Positions 19,045 through 29,343 of a stretch of DNA of 56,533 nucleotides are shown piece after piece (positions within the stretch are counted from its first letter, which is position 1; every line of letters begins with the position of its first letter). A model generated the notes under the pieces. It had not been told where the DNA came from. It saw only the letters and a program-made list of their open reading frames with translations, and ran no database searches. Source of the stretch: an uncultured Spirochaetia bacterium (GTDB lineage Bacteria; Oederibacteriota; PGYV01; CAYTNY01); NCBI GenBank assembly GCA_964439215.1, contig CAYTNY010000002.1, positions 1 to 56,533 of the forward strand. Reading direction: 5' to 3'. Position numbers and translations under genes: made by a program.

Positions 19045-20652
19045 TTAAAGCATTTCCTCTAAAGCGTACTCCGACACCGCAAGTCCTATCTGGCTGCGCC
19101 CCGGTCCGTATTCTTTTTCATGTGATTCAGGCCCGCCGCCCCAGCCCTCATACCACATATATGTCTTTCCTTCATACTCCATAATTTCACCGTACCATAT
19201 ACCGCCGTCATCCCATAAACCTTTTTCAGATCTTGAAAACAGCGGATTCAGAGAACTTTTATACCAGTTTACCATATCATAAGAGAACGCCAGTCCAAAA
19301 TACGGCGGATAATCTCTGTATTTATTATCCCCCGCATACATCATATAGTAAACGCCGCCTTTTTCATAAATCCTGGGAGTTGTCACGGACATTCCGTCCC
19401 ATTCTCCGCGGTCTTCGGAATAATCAAGAACAGGCTTATCTGAATAAACAGCAAAATCACTGCCGTTATCAGAAGTGGCAAGAAATACGGAATAACCGTT
19501 CCTGTTATTGGGCCTGACAAAATAAAGATATATTATACCGTCCTTTAAAACCGCCTCCGGGGCTCTGCCCGTAAGCACAGGATTGTTTTTTATTTTCTCA
19601 AATTCATAATATCCCGCGGAAACAGCCGCACCAATAGAATCATTTCCGGCACCCAGCCCGCTGTAGTAAAGAAATGTCTGTTCTTTAAATCTTACCGCGG
19701 CAGGATCCAGAACGGCGCCGTCATCAAAACACCCTTTTTCGCCTGTATCAATTATTGGATTTCCCGCGTAATCGGCAAATGAGGAAAAATCAAACAGGAA
19801 ATCAGGCGACACCGCCATACAGATGCGGTCGGTGCCGTCTCCGCACCTGTAGTAAAAATAAATCATATGTTCTCCCATAACTATATCCGGATTCGCCGTA
19901 TGCATGCTTTTATAAGTGCCGCCCTTCACGGGAAAAACCGGATTTTTTTCTGATTTTTTCCAATACGGATTACGGAGTATCACTCTTTCACTCCGCACTG
20001 ATTCCGGCTTTTCGCGTGGAGCCACCCGGTTTTTTGCATAATTATAAAACGGTTTCATTTCGGTTATGTTCCCGATTTTTTCCGCGGCTTTAAGCCCTTC
20101 GGCAGATCCTGATTTGCCCGTAAAAATAAGGATCTCTTTCTTGACCGCAGGCATCAGTTCCCGGTGATTTTTTTCCAGAAGCAAATACATTTTTTCCGCG
20201 TACATATCATTGTTTTCAGCGGCCGCAAGCGTCATATATGCGGATATTTTTTCAGCACCGGATCCCTGCTCTGAAATCTTTTTCAGTGTTTCAAACACAG
20301 AGCCGGCGGGCCTTCTTTTTTTTGATATAAGATAAAAATACAGCAAATGCGCTTCTTTATTCCGCGCATTTTTCATTAAACTCAGGACAATTTTATCAAC
20401 ACTTTCAGAATTCATAAAAGCAAGAGCAAAAGCCGCTGTTTCTTTAAATTCTGCATTTTCCAAAAATGCCGCGGCCCCTGCCGCATTTGCAGCATCACCC
20501 AGCCGCCAGGCATCGGCAAACGCTTTTTTAACAGTATTAACATTTTTTGATTTTAAACGGTCCGCCGTGCTTTGAGTTTCTTTCACGCACCCTGCTGCCG
20601 CGGCGGCGCATAATAAAATCAGAATTATTTTTTTTCTGATTCCATAAAACAT
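19045..20652 (-). CDS. Lipoprotein with a helical (HEAT-like) N-domain and a five-bladed beta-propeller glycosidase-like C-domain (GH32/43/130 clan)
   Basis: Lipobox-like AAAAAGC. Repeated blades KSEKNPV, YAGNPII...FDDGAVLDPA, YSDKPVL...WDGMSVTTPRI, SSLNPLF...WDDGGI, QIGLA. Confidence 0.75.
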   Translation of the reverse strand: MFYGIRKKIILILLCAAAAAGCVKETQSTADRLKSKNVNTVKKAFADAWRLGDAANAAGAAAFLENAEFKETAAFALAFMNSESVDKIVLSLMKNARNKEAHLLYFYLISKKRRPAGSVFETLKKISEQGSGAEKISAYMTLAAAENNDMYAEKMYLLLEKNHRELMPAVKKEILIFTGKSGSAEGLKAAEKIGNITEMKPFYNYAKNRVAPREKPESVRSERVILRNPYWKKSEKNPVFPVKGGTYKSMHTANPDIVMGEHMIYFYYRCGDGTDRICMAVSPDFLFDFSSFADYAGNPIIDTGEKGCFDDGAVLDPAAVRFKEQTFLYYSGLGAGNDSIGAAVSAGYYEFEKIKNNPVLTGRAPEAVLKDGIIYLYFVRPNNRNGYSVFLATSDNGSDFAVYSDKPVLDYSEDRGEWDGMSVTTPRIYEKGGVYYMMYAGDNKYRDYPPYFGLAFSYDMVNWYKSSLNPLFSRSEKGLWDDGGIWYGEIMEYEGKTYMWYEGWGGGPESHEKEYGPGRSQIGLAVSEYALEEML

Positions 20653-21014
20653 TTTGAATCAATTCCTCCGCGGGTATTATAAATGGTTTCCACATAAAGA
20701 TATTCGGGTTCAAGCAGTTTTTCTATATCCTTAAACATCCGGTCAGTTGCCTTTTCCTGATAAATACCCACATTTCTGAAGCTTACAAAATAATATTTAA
20801 GTGATTTAAGTTCCACTATCTTTTCGCAGGGAACATAGCGGATAACCACACGCGCCGTATCCGGCAGTCCGGAAAAGGGACATACCGCTGAAAATTCCCG
20901 GGTTTTATACTCTATGGTCTGTTTCCCTCCCGTATATTTAATGGTTTCCAGCACCTTTGTATCTATGGCTCCTTCAGATTCAAATGTATATTTTCGTCCT
21001 TCCGCTTCAGGCAT
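20625..21014 (-). CDS. queF: 7-cyano-7-deazaguanine (preQ0) reductase, type I
   Basis: EFSAVCPFSGLPD (catalytic Cys/Asp), QueF motif ELKSLKYY, C-terminal RGG. Confidence 0.92.
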   Translation of the reverse strand: MPEAEGRKYTFESEGAIDTKVLETIKYTGGKQTIEYKTREFSAVCPFSGLPDTARVVIRYVPCEKIVELKSLKYYFVSFRNVGIYQEKATDRMFKDIEKLLEPEYLYVETIYNTRGGIDSKCFMESEKK

Positions 21015-21178
21015 CGCATCCTCCTTGTCCGTTTTTTTTATGATATAACAATCCGCGTCATTTTCATAGATAATTTTTCATTTGCAGTCTATATTCATCT
21101 GTAAAACTTCAGGCTTTTCTTGATTATTTTGGATTCTTATGTTATAAGGTTACCTGTTAAATTTAATTTTTTTTTTAG

Positions 21179-21892
21179 GTGGTGGGCATTTTGAAAGTAC
21201 TTGTACTATCAGACGTACACGCAAATCTGGAAGCGCTGCTGGCTGTGCTTCAGATAGAATACGACAGGCTTATATTTCTCGGAGATTTTATAGATTTCGG
21301 CCCCAATCCCGCGGAATGCATACGGCTTATAAGAGAACACAGTGACATAGCCTTAAAAGGCAACCACGACCATGCCCTGGCTTATAACATGAGCTGCAAG
21401 AGTTCGGAAGAACTACGGTCCCTGTCACAGCTTATAAGAGAGGATTTCACTTCAAAAAAAGTGAATAAAGATCAGGTTAAATACCTTACATCCCTTTCCC
21501 ACAGCCGGGCCACATTCTTTAATAATTTTCATTTTTTTGCCGCGCATTCAGGCGCCAATGATATGTATTCGTATATCAACAAAGACCTTCCCGACGATGA
21601 ATTTTCAGCCTCATTTAATGATATCAAAGAGAACTTTATTTTTACGGGCCATACACACATACCTTATATACGCAAAAACAAAGACATCACTGTAATCAAC
21701 CCCGGAAGCGTGGGGCAGCCAAGGGACGGGGATCCAAGGGCATCTGCCGCAATTATAGAAAACAATGAAGCAAAAATCATCCGTATAGAATATGATGTTG
21801 AAAAAACCATTGAAAAAATAAATGAACTTATGAATATCGCAGAAGGGCCCAAAGAAAGGCTTGTCTCAATACTAAGGACCGGTAAAGTTTAA
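21179..21892 (+). CDS. Calcineurin-like metallophosphoesterase (YfcE/MJ0936-like)
   Basis: SDVHAN, LGD, GNHD, GHTH, NPGSVGQPRDGDPRAS; start uncertain (GTG 21179 or TTG about 21191). Confidence 0.92.
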   Translation: MVGILKVLVLSDVHANLEALLAVLQIEYDRLIFLGDFIDFGPNPAECIRLIREHSDIALKGNHDHALAYNMSCKSSEELRSLSQLIREDFTSKKVNKDQVKYLTSLSHSRATFFNNFHFFAAHSGANDMYSYINKDLPDDEFSASFNDIKENFIFTGHTHIPYIRKNKDITVINPGSVGQPRDGDPRASAAIIENNEAKIIRIEYDVEKTIEKINELMNIAEGPKERLVSILRTGKV

Positions 21893-21973
21893 ACGCTTAA
21901 AACCCGGGTATGATTTTCGCCCGAATCTCCAAAAGCATTATCTCTGCCTGATTATTATCATTTTTCTCTCCGA

Positions 21974-24172
21974 TTACAGAGTATTAACCGGATCCACAAT
22001 TACCGCCATATTGATGTTTCTGTGAACAGATCTTGCTTCAATAACGGTATTTCTGAGAACTGTTCTGTTTTTTCCCTTTAAAAGTATGCTGTACCTGTAA
22101 AGACCGCGCAGTTTTGCAATAGCCGCCTCGGCAGGCCCCAGCATATGAATGGAAGAAATATGATTTTTCTTTATTATATTTTTTATTGTTTCTCCTGCTG
22201 CTTCGGCGTTTTTCTGCGCTGTTTTATTATCTTTTCCGCTTATTATAAGCTGAATAAGATATGCGTAAGGCGGATAACCGGCTTCCTTCCTTATCTCGAG
22301 CTGATTTTTGTAAAAAGACTTTGAATCATACGACGATATGTATTTTATTCCTTCCGCCTCAGGATTATAAGTCTGCAGGACAACAATACCTTTTTTATCC
22401 CCCCTTCCCGTTCTGCCCGCAACCTGGAGCAGCAGCTGCAACACTCTTTCATCCGATCTGAAATCAGGAAGATTCAGAACAGAATCAATACCTATAACCC
22501 CCACAAATGTAACCTCGGGAAAATCAAAACCTTTGGCAATCATCTGTGTCCCGACCAGAATATCCACTTCCCTGTTTTTTACCGCATTATATGTATCAAA
22601 ATAATCCGCCCCTTTTCTCATTGAATCCATATCTATACGCTTTATTCTTTTGCCGGGAAAAAACTTTTCAACCGTTTCCTGCGCCCGCTGGGTGCCTGTA
22701 CCCTTATATGCCACGGCTCCACCGCATTCCGAACATACTTTCACGGGCTCTTTTTCATTGTCGCAATAGTGGCATATCAATTTCTGTTTTGTTTTATGAA
22801 AAACCATCGGTATATCACAGCTTTCACATTTTTCAACATATCCGCATTTTTTACATAGGACAAAATTGGAAAAACCTCTTCTGTTTATAAAAAGTATCGC
22901 CTGTTCATTGTTTTCAACCGTATTATTCAGTTCCGCGGCCATTGTCCCCGAAATAAACAAATTCCCTTTTCCCCAGTCCCGGATCATATCAACAACTCTT
23001 ATTTCCGGAAGCGGTCTGTTATTTACCCGCCGGGCAAGATGCAGAATTTCATATTTACCGTTTAAAGCATTATAATAAGTCTCCACACCCGGAGTTGCGC
23101 TGCCCAGAATAATTGTACAGTTCTCCAGTTTCGCCCTGTAAACAGCCACATCCCTCGCATGATACCGCGGTGTATTTTCCTGTTTATAGGAACTGTCAAA
23201 CTCCTCATCCACGACTATAAGTCCGGTATTTTCAAAAGGCGCAAAAACAGCCGAACGGGTTCCCACAACAACATCAACACTGCCGTTCTTCATCTTCATC
23301 CATTCTCCGCGTCTTTCTGCTTTTGATAAACCGCTGTGATATACCGCGGTTTTTCCGCCAAACACGCTTTTAAACCTTTCCAGAACCTGAGGAGTAAGAA
23401 ATATCTCCGGCACAAGTATAATTGATTTTTTTCCCGCGGCGGCAACTTTTTGTGCGGCTCTTAAATATATTTCAGTTTTTCCCGATCCCGTAATTCCATA
23501 CAGCAAAAACGGAAAAAAAACTCCTTTTTCTATTTCTGTATTTATCCGTTCAAGCGCCTTTTCCTGTTCATTGTTTAATCTGATATTTTCAGCCCCGGCA
23601 GTTCTGCCTGTATATGCCTGTTTTTCCTGGGATTTTTTCCCTATTTCCCGGGCATACTGCCGAATCGATACAATGCCGCAGGCTTCAAGCGCTTCAACGA
23701 TTCTTGCGCCGCCTGATATTCCTGTTTCTTTTATAATGTCGCTCAAAAAAGCTTTTTTTCCCCGCCTTTTATTAAGATAATCCACGACTTTTCTCCGGGA
23801 ATCTGTCAGTTTCATACCGGATAAATCATCCGTTAATCTTATTATTTTTTTTTCTTCAAATTTATTTAAAGCCGCAAGCATTGTCAGAAAAACAACACCG
23901 GGCGGGGCTATATAATATTCCGCGGTCCACATTCCCAGTTCTATGAGTTTTTCATTCAGAACAGGCAGAGGGTCTATCACCGAGCCAATCTGTTTTGCTT
24001 TAAATTTCATTTCGGGTTTTTCCGCATGAACCTTTACAACAAGTCCGGCCACAAGTTTTCGTCCCAGCGGCACAGTCACCCTTGAACCGCTCGCCACATT
24101 TACGGCATCATCAAAATAATATGTCAACGTTGTATTTACCGCGGAAAAAACCGCCACATCAGCGTATTTCAT
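21974..24172 (-). CDS. priA: Primosomal protein N' (replication-restart helicase)
   Basis: GITGSGKT, LVPEI, DEE, GSATP, NRRGF, CKKCG/CESC/CHYC/CSECG Zn motifs, GTQMIAKG, QVAGRTGR. Confidence 0.98.
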   Translation of the reverse strand: MKYADVAVFSAVNTTLTYYFDDAVNVASGSRVTVPLGRKLVAGLVVKVHAEKPEMKFKAKQIGSVIDPLPVLNEKLIELGMWTAEYYIAPPGVVFLTMLAALNKFEEKKIIRLTDDLSGMKLTDSRRKVVDYLNKRRGKKAFLSDIIKETGISGGARIVEALEACGIVSIRQYAREIGKKSQEKQAYTGRTAGAENIRLNNEQEKALERINTEIEKGVFFPFLLYGITGSGKTEIYLRAAQKVAAAGKKSIILVPEIFLTPQVLERFKSVFGGKTAVYHSGLSKAERRGEWMKMKNGSVDVVVGTRSAVFAPFENTGLIVVDEEFDSSYKQENTPRYHARDVAVYRAKLENCTIILGSATPGVETYYNALNGKYEILHLARRVNNRPLPEIRVVDMIRDWGKGNLFISGTMAAELNNTVENNEQAILFINRRGFSNFVLCKKCGYVEKCESCDIPMVFHKTKQKLICHYCDNEKEPVKVCSECGGAVAYKGTGTQRAQETVEKFFPGKRIKRIDMDSMRKGADYFDTYNAVKNREVDILVGTQMIAKGFDFPEVTFVGVIGIDSVLNLPDFRSDERVLQLLLQVAGRTGRGDKKGIVVLQTYNPEAEGIKYISSYDSKSFYKNQLEIRKEAGYPPYAYLIQLIISGKDNKTAQKNAEAAGETIKNIIKKNHISSIHMLGPAEAAIAKLRGLYRYSILLKGKNRTVLRNTVIEARSVHRNINMAVIVDPVNTL

Positions 24173-24918
24173 GGTTTTATTTCCACTTTCATTTCATTTT
24201 CTTTAATTCCGCCGATGCCGCGTTTTTTCATTTCCCGGCGGTATGCTTTTGTCATGTTGATTATTTTCATATCCGCGGGGATATCAAACAAGTCTTTGCG
24301 GGGAAAAAACCTTCTTTTTATTTTTATCATCCGGTATTCTTCCTTTATGCGCGGAGTGATTGCCTTTTTCCCTTTATTCATAACTTCTGCCGCATGTATA
24401 ACCGTACGAATATTCACAAGCATATCTGTTTTTTTATCACGCAGTTCCGTTACTTTTGTCTTAATATAAAAATCTTTTTTGCGTTTCAGAATATCATAGG
24501 ACCGCGTATTGCATCTGTATTTTCCGTACATTTCATCTCTGCCTTTTTCTGCCTTTTTACCGGCACTCATGCCCATATGTATAAAAATATCCTGTATAAA
24601 ACCTGCTGTTTTTTCATTTATGCTGTCGTACATGAAAACCATCCGGTTATTTTTATTTATAAGATAAATCTTTCCGTCTTTTATCATAAAATCATGAATC
24701 TCACTGCCTTTAACCCTGTAGTCCCCATTTTCATATTCTATTTCTGCTTTAACAACTTCGGTTTCACCTTCATGTTTTCTTATTATTTCCGCCTCAATAT
24801 ATGCGCGTTTATAGGGTATGCCCATATTCAAAGGATCATATACCGTATCCTTTTTACCGCATCCGGATAATACTATCAGAAAAAACACCGCCGTGAAAAT
24901 TCTTTTCATATTTTCCAC
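24169..24918 (-). CDS. Hypothetical lipoprotein (LolA/DUF4412-like fold possible)
   Basis: MKRIFTAVFFLIVLSGC lipobox; beta-rich; C-terminal DLFDIPAD; overlaps both neighbours. Confidence 0.7.
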   Translation of the reverse strand: MENMKRIFTAVFFLIVLSGCGKKDTVYDPLNMGIPYKRAYIEAEIIRKHEGETEVVKAEIEYENGDYRVKGSEIHDFMIKDGKIYLINKNNRMVFMYDSINEKTAGFIQDIFIHMGMSAGKKAEKGRDEMYGKYRCNTRSYDILKRKKDFYIKTKVTELRDKKTDMLVNIRTVIHAAEVMNKGKKAITPRIKEEYRMIKIKRRFFPRKDLFDIPADMKIINMTKAYRREMKKRGIGGIKENEMKVEIKP

Positions 24919-25823
24919 TTTTTTCCTTCAAAAACATTCCGGTAATCAAACCCGCCCGTTGTTTCCCTGAAATAACTTTGTGCCGCCGCCTCAAGTTTAT
25001 CCTTGTAGACAAGATAAAAATACATGTATACAGGAATATTAAATCCCGAAAAAAGCAGCACTATACCGGAATATACGGGATAAAGCGTTTTTAATTTTGC
25101 CAGCACAGCCAGCAGCACGGTTATCATAAGCGTTATCCATAAAAAATTCATGAACTTAAAGAATCTGTGCCCGGAAATAGTTCCTATTGTTCGCACCATT
25201 ATAAAGTGCATCACAAAAGGAAAAAATATTATAAATGTGATCGGTTCAAGAAAGAATAATCTTACAGCTCCGGATATTCCGGGCAAAAAAGAAATACTGT
25301 ATAAAGGATCGTCCACAGGTATAATAAAAGCGTAATTGTCTTTTATTTTTTTCTTTGTTATCGTATCTTTTTCAAGCAGGTATACAAATGCGCCCAGTAC
25401 TTTTGCAAGAACATCCTTGTCCGAAGTATACCACCTGGAAATGAGCCTGTTCAATATGTCTTTTTCTATGCGGGAGACATATTTGGCGCCTGCCTTTTCG
25501 CGGGTCATCTTATCCGTGAATATTATCCCGGTTTTTTCCGGCGGACTGAACCATATAACAATATGCTTTCCTTCCGGATCAAGTTTTTCATAATATTCAG
25601 CCGCCCTTTTACCCGCTTCATAAGAACGCTCATCTCTGTCCGCGTATATATAAACATCTGTATCATGGTCATCTTCCAGCATTTTAGCCGCAAAAGGCAG
25701 ATAATTTATTCCTCCGGTATCCTTTGACCACCCGTAATATGAGCCGGGCAGATTTTCTATTGTCATCGCTGAAAATACCGCAAAAACCGCGGCAGCCGCA
25801 AGAATTTTTACTGTTTTATCCAT
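24906..25823 (-). CDS. Hypothetical membrane protein (signal peptide, TPM-like periplasmic domain, about 4 C-terminal TMs)
   Basis: 305-aa ORF, AGGAAGAG RBS, hydrophobic N- and C-terminal segments. Confidence 0.65.
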   Translation of the reverse strand: MDKTVKILAAAAVFAVFSAMTIENLPGSYYGWSKDTGGINYLPFAAKMLEDDHDTDVYIYADRDERSYEAGKRAAEYYEKLDPEGKHIVIWFSPPEKTGIIFTDKMTREKAGAKYVSRIEKDILNRLISRWYTSDKDVLAKVLGAFVYLLEKDTITKKKIKDNYAFIIPVDDPLYSISFLPGISGAVRLFFLEPITFIIFFPFVMHFIMVRTIGTISGHRFFKFMNFLWITLMITVLLAVLAKLKTLYPVYSGIVLLFSGFNIPVYMYFYLVYKDKLEAAAQSYFRETTGGFDYRNVFEGKKWKI

Positions 25824-25964
25824 TTCCTCTTCCTTTTACATTTTCTGCATTATATCAGATTTTTTTTTATTTGTAATTTTCTTTTCTCCGGACATCCGGA
25901 ATTTCGAACCTTGAATTTTATTTATTATGCTATATAATAAATAAAATTCAAAATGGAGGCTTTT

Positions 25965-26564
25965 ATGTTTTCCGCAATACTGACACTCTTGATAATGATG
26001 AACCCGTTTGCTTTATTCATATATCTTTCTCCTCTTATGAAAGATCTTTCTTCCAGAGGCTTCATTCTTGTTCTTTTCAAGGCGTCAACTATTTCACTTA
26101 TTCTGCTGCTGTTTTTCTTTTTTTCCGGAGAATATCTTTTTGATGAAATACTTGACATGGCGTTTTCATCTTTCAAAATATTCGGCGGCATCGTTATTTT
26201 TTCCTTTGCCTATCTTTATATAGTAAGCGGGCGGAAAGCAATAATAATGATAAAAGAAAACCTTGATGATCTTGCATCCGAAATAGCCCTGCCGTTCATA
26301 GCCGGCGTGGGAAGTATTTCTCTGGCGGTCCTGCTCAAACATAAATTTTCCATTATTGCCGGGGTATCAATTCTTACTGCTGTAATAGTCTTGAATTTTC
26401 TTATTATAATCGGTTTAAAAACAATGAAAGACAAGGTTCCGAACAAAAAACTTAAGGTCGCATTTGATAAAAACATGCAGATATTGATGCGTCTTATGGG
26501 TTTTATAATCGGCGCCATCGGAATAGACCTTATAATAAAAGGCATAAAAGAATCATTTTTCTGA
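25965..26564 (+). CDS. MarC family integral membrane protein
   Basis: LLIMMNPF, FKIFGGIVIF, ALPFIAGVGSIS, RLMGFIIGAIG; GGAGG RBS places the start at 25965. Confidence 0.9.
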   Translation: MFSAILTLLIMMNPFALFIYLSPLMKDLSSRGFILVLFKASTISLILLLFFFFSGEYLFDEILDMAFSSFKIFGGIVIFSFAYLYIVSGRKAIIMIKENLDDLASEIALPFIAGVGSISLAVLLKHKFSIIAGVSILTAVIVLNFLIIIGLKTMKDKVPNKKLKVAFDKNMQILMRLMGFIIGAIGIDLIIKGIKESFF

Positions 26565-26597
26565 TCTAAAAGCAGGTTTAACCGGTGTACTTAAGAA

Positions 26598-27395
26598 TCA
26601 TTCTGCCTTTATCAGAAATTTTACCGCCTTTTCAAGATCATCTGCATCTATGCGTGTGTTTTTACAGGGCCCTTCCGGCCTTGTGTTCGGTATTCCGATA
26701 ACCGTTATATTATGAGGCACATCCGCCATTCCTGATATAAGATCCCTTTCACATGCAACGCCTATTATGGCGTCCGGCGCTGTTTTTTTCACCATCTGCC
26801 GGGCTGATGACCCCCCTGTTGCCGTGAATGTTCTGCATCCGTATTTCTCCGCGATTTCCGCGGCCGCTGTTCTGGTTTCTCTGTCAAGACACCGAGGCAA
26901 AAGCACCAGAATATTTTCTGTTTTATATTTTTTTCTTGCTGCATATACAAGTGTATTATTGCATACAATCAGCGAATTCCAAAGTCTGTCCTTTGAAATG
27001 CCGAACATATCTCCTATTTTTAATATAAAAGGATACATCCACTCCAGATGGATCCCCGATTTTCTGCGCAGGGGGAAGAAATTCTTCCCTGTACCAAGCG
27101 CCGCGGCAAGAAAAACCGACCATATCAGAACTGACCCGAAAATAATTATAATGACCCATAACACGATAACATCCAGATAAGGGTGCCATTGATAAAGCCT
27201 TGGAGATATCAGATAATAAATAAACACCGCTCCTGCGGCAATAAAAACAAACGCGGCAGAATAAAAAGCAAGAAAAAGCCTTTTCCCTTCTTTTATCTCT
27301 TTGTTATGCGCGGACAGATTCCCGGCCCAATCCTGCCATTCATCTCCGAGATTTCTGCTTATTATATCCTTTTCGCTGTCCTTTTCCCCGCTCAT
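26598..27395 (-). CDS. DUF116 domain membrane protein
   Basis: Two N-terminal TMs; LLPRCL, ATGGSSAR, IIGVACERDLISG, RPEGPCKNT. Start moved to ATG 27395 (AGGAG RBS). Confidence 0.85.
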   Translation of the reverse strand: MSGEKDSEKDIISRNLGDEWQDWAGNLSAHNKEIKEGKRLFLAFYSAAFVFIAAGAVFIYYLISPRLYQWHPYLDVIVLWVIIIIFGSVLIWSVFLAAALGTGKNFFPLRRKSGIHLEWMYPFILKIGDMFGISKDRLWNSLIVCNNTLVYAARKKYKTENILVLLPRCLDRETRTAAAEIAEKYGCRTFTATGGSSARQMVKKTAPDAIIGVACERDLISGMADVPHNITVIGIPNTRPEGPCKNTRIDADDLEKAVKFLIKAE

Positions 27396-27433
27396 CGCAA
27401 TCTCCTTGCGCTTTGTATTTTTATGCGGCTGTA

Positions 27434-28225
27434 TTATTTTATCATAACACACGCCATCATCCTGCCTGTTTTTACGCCGTCCCGCCGGTACGAATAAAAA
27501 AGTTTCTTATGTTTATACGTATCCATATCATTTATATATATGTTTCCTTCTTTGACGCCGGCCTCCAGCAGCAGATTTTTATTCCCCTGCCACATATTCA
27601 TTGTAATTCCCCCTTTTTTTTCCTTGAATATACCCGCGAACGGTTTCTCTTTTCTCATGGGTTCATATACTTCCGGCCCCACAAAATAAGAAGCCGGCCC
27701 GATCGCCGGTGACATTGAAACAATAAGATCTGAAGGATCCGAACCGAATTCTTTTTTCATCAGCTCCACGGTTTTTTGTATTATGCGGTTTTCCACTCCC
27801 CTGCGTCCTGCATGTACAGCAGCTGCGGTTCTGTGTTTCGGATCAACAATTATATTGCCGGTACAGTCAGCGGTTTTCACCGCAATTCCCGCGTTTCTTT
27901 CGGCTGTTATTATTGCATCCGCTTCGGTTTCTTTTATATAATTAAATGTTTCTTCGCAGGCAACGGCTATTTTGTCTGAATGGATCTGCACCGGCGAATA
28001 TATTTTTTTTATCCTAAAATCTCTTTTCACTTTTTCCATGTTCTTTTTCACATCCTTTATCCTGTCACCTGTATTAAAACCCAGATTCAGGCTTTCATAA
28101 GGGCCCTTGCTCCCTCCTCCTGTTTTTGATGTGAAAAACTCCAGAAATAAACCGGTGGATTTTATCGCCTTATTCTGAAAAACACTCAGTCCGCGGTGCT
28201 CCAGCAGTGAATAAAACCTGTTCAC
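27434..28225 (-). CDS. pgeF: Peptidoglycan editing factor / YfiH-type purine nucleoside phosphorylase
   Basis: SLNLG, QIHS, ADAIIT, TADC, AVHAGRRG, PAIGP, FYSYRR...GRM; GTG start overlaps the amidase stop. Confidence 0.93.
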   Translation of the reverse strand: MNRFYSLLEHRGLSVFQNKAIKSTGLFLEFFTSKTGGGSKGPYESLNLGFNTGDRIKDVKKNMEKVKRDFRIKKIYSPVQIHSDKIAVACEETFNYIKETEADAIITAERNAGIAVKTADCTGNIIVDPKHRTAAAVHAGRRGVENRIIQKTVELMKKEFGSDPSDLIVSMSPAIGPASYFVGPEVYEPMRKEKPFAGIFKEKKGGITMNMWQGNKNLLLEAGVKEGNIYINDMDTYKHKKLFYSYRRDGVKTGRMMACVMIK

Positions 28226-29340
28226 TGCAGTTTCTCCATATATTCTTTTATTCCCTCAACAACGCCTTTCGCGATTTTATCCCGGAAATTGGTATCGCTT
28301 AACTTCTGTTCTTCGCGGAGATTTGTGATAAAAGCCGCTTCAACAAGAACAGAAGGCATATCTGTATTTGCAAGAACATAAAAAGGCGCTCTTTCGGTGG
28401 GCGACCATCTGAGACCAAGACGCTGAACAAGTCTATGCTGTATGTATCCAGCGGCCTCTATGCTCAGATATTCAGTCGCGCCCTTCTTAAGATCATTTAA
28501 AAGGAACTCCACCATACCGACTTCTTTGTTTTCCAGTTTCGCGGCAGCGGCAGCTTCTTTTGACGAGGCTATCCTGGAAAAAATATAAGTTCTGGTTCCT
28601 CTGGCCTGTCTGCTCGGCGATGCGTTGCAGTGTATGCTTACAAACAGATCCGCTTTTTTTTCATTGGCAAATACAGCGCGTTTTTTCAGGCTTATAAATC
28701 TGTCTTTGGACCTTGTTATATAAACTTTCACCCCCGGATATTTATCAAGATACCATTTTGCCCTGAGTGCGATCCCCAACACCACATCCTTTTCCAGCAG
28801 CCCTCCGGCTCCCACGGCTCCGGGATCCTTTCCTCCGTGTCCGGGATCCAGAACTATGATCCGCTTGTTATTTTTCCTGCGCGTTTCGGTTCGTACGGCA
28901 TCAGGTTCTTTTGCCGGCGCGGGTTCAGGCTTTTTTTCCGCGGAAACAGCCTGCTTTTTTTTCTTTTCGGCTGTCCGTTTTTTTTCCTCCTTTTCTTTTT
29001 CCGGCGCCGCAATGTTTCCGGCGCCGCGCCTTTTGCCCTTAACAATATCCAATACCGTATCGTATGTATATTTACTTACAAATATATTTTCGCCGTTGGC
29101 AAAAGGAGATTCATCAATCCTTATATGCTCTCTCATACCCAGCACATACGGATAATTAAGATAAATTTTTGCTTTTATCCCGTTTTTCTCAATTGTGATC
29201 CTGCCCGTAATCCAGTCACAGGATACAGATGCTTTATTCTCAATCTCAAAAAACTTAAGATTGACCAGTTCGCTGCCCGTTACCGCCGATGCGGATACCG
29301 CAAGCATGATCAACATCGGCAGAAATACTGTTTTTTTCAT
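28222..29340 (-). CDS. N-acetylmuramoyl-L-alanine amidase (Amidase_3), secreted
   Basis: Signal peptide; K/E-rich linker; IVLDPGHGGKDPGA, EKD, SIHCNA, PSVLVE Zn-ligand motifs. Confidence 0.95.
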   Translation of the reverse strand: MKKTVFLPMLIMLAVSASAVTGSELVNLKFFEIENKASVSCDWITGRITIEKNGIKAKIYLNYPYVLGMREHIRIDESPFANGENIFVSKYTYDTVLDIVKGKRRGAGNIAAPEKEKEEKKRTAEKKKKQAVSAEKKPEPAPAKEPDAVRTETRRKNNKRIIVLDPGHGGKDPGAVGAGGLLEKDVVLGIALRAKWYLDKYPGVKVYITRSKDRFISLKKRAVFANEKKADLFVSIHCNASPSRQARGTRTYIFSRIASSKEAAAAAKLENKEVGMVEFLLNDLKKGATEYLSIEAAGYIQHRLVQRLGLRWSPTERAPFYVLANTDMPSVLVEAAFITNLREEQKLSDTNFRDKIAKGVVEGIKEYMEKLQ

Positions 29341-29343
29341 GTT

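Noticed and set aside
21015-21178. preQ1 riboswitch upstream of queF
   Set aside because: I recognised no class I/II preQ1 stem-loop consensus; an Infernal scan would settle it.
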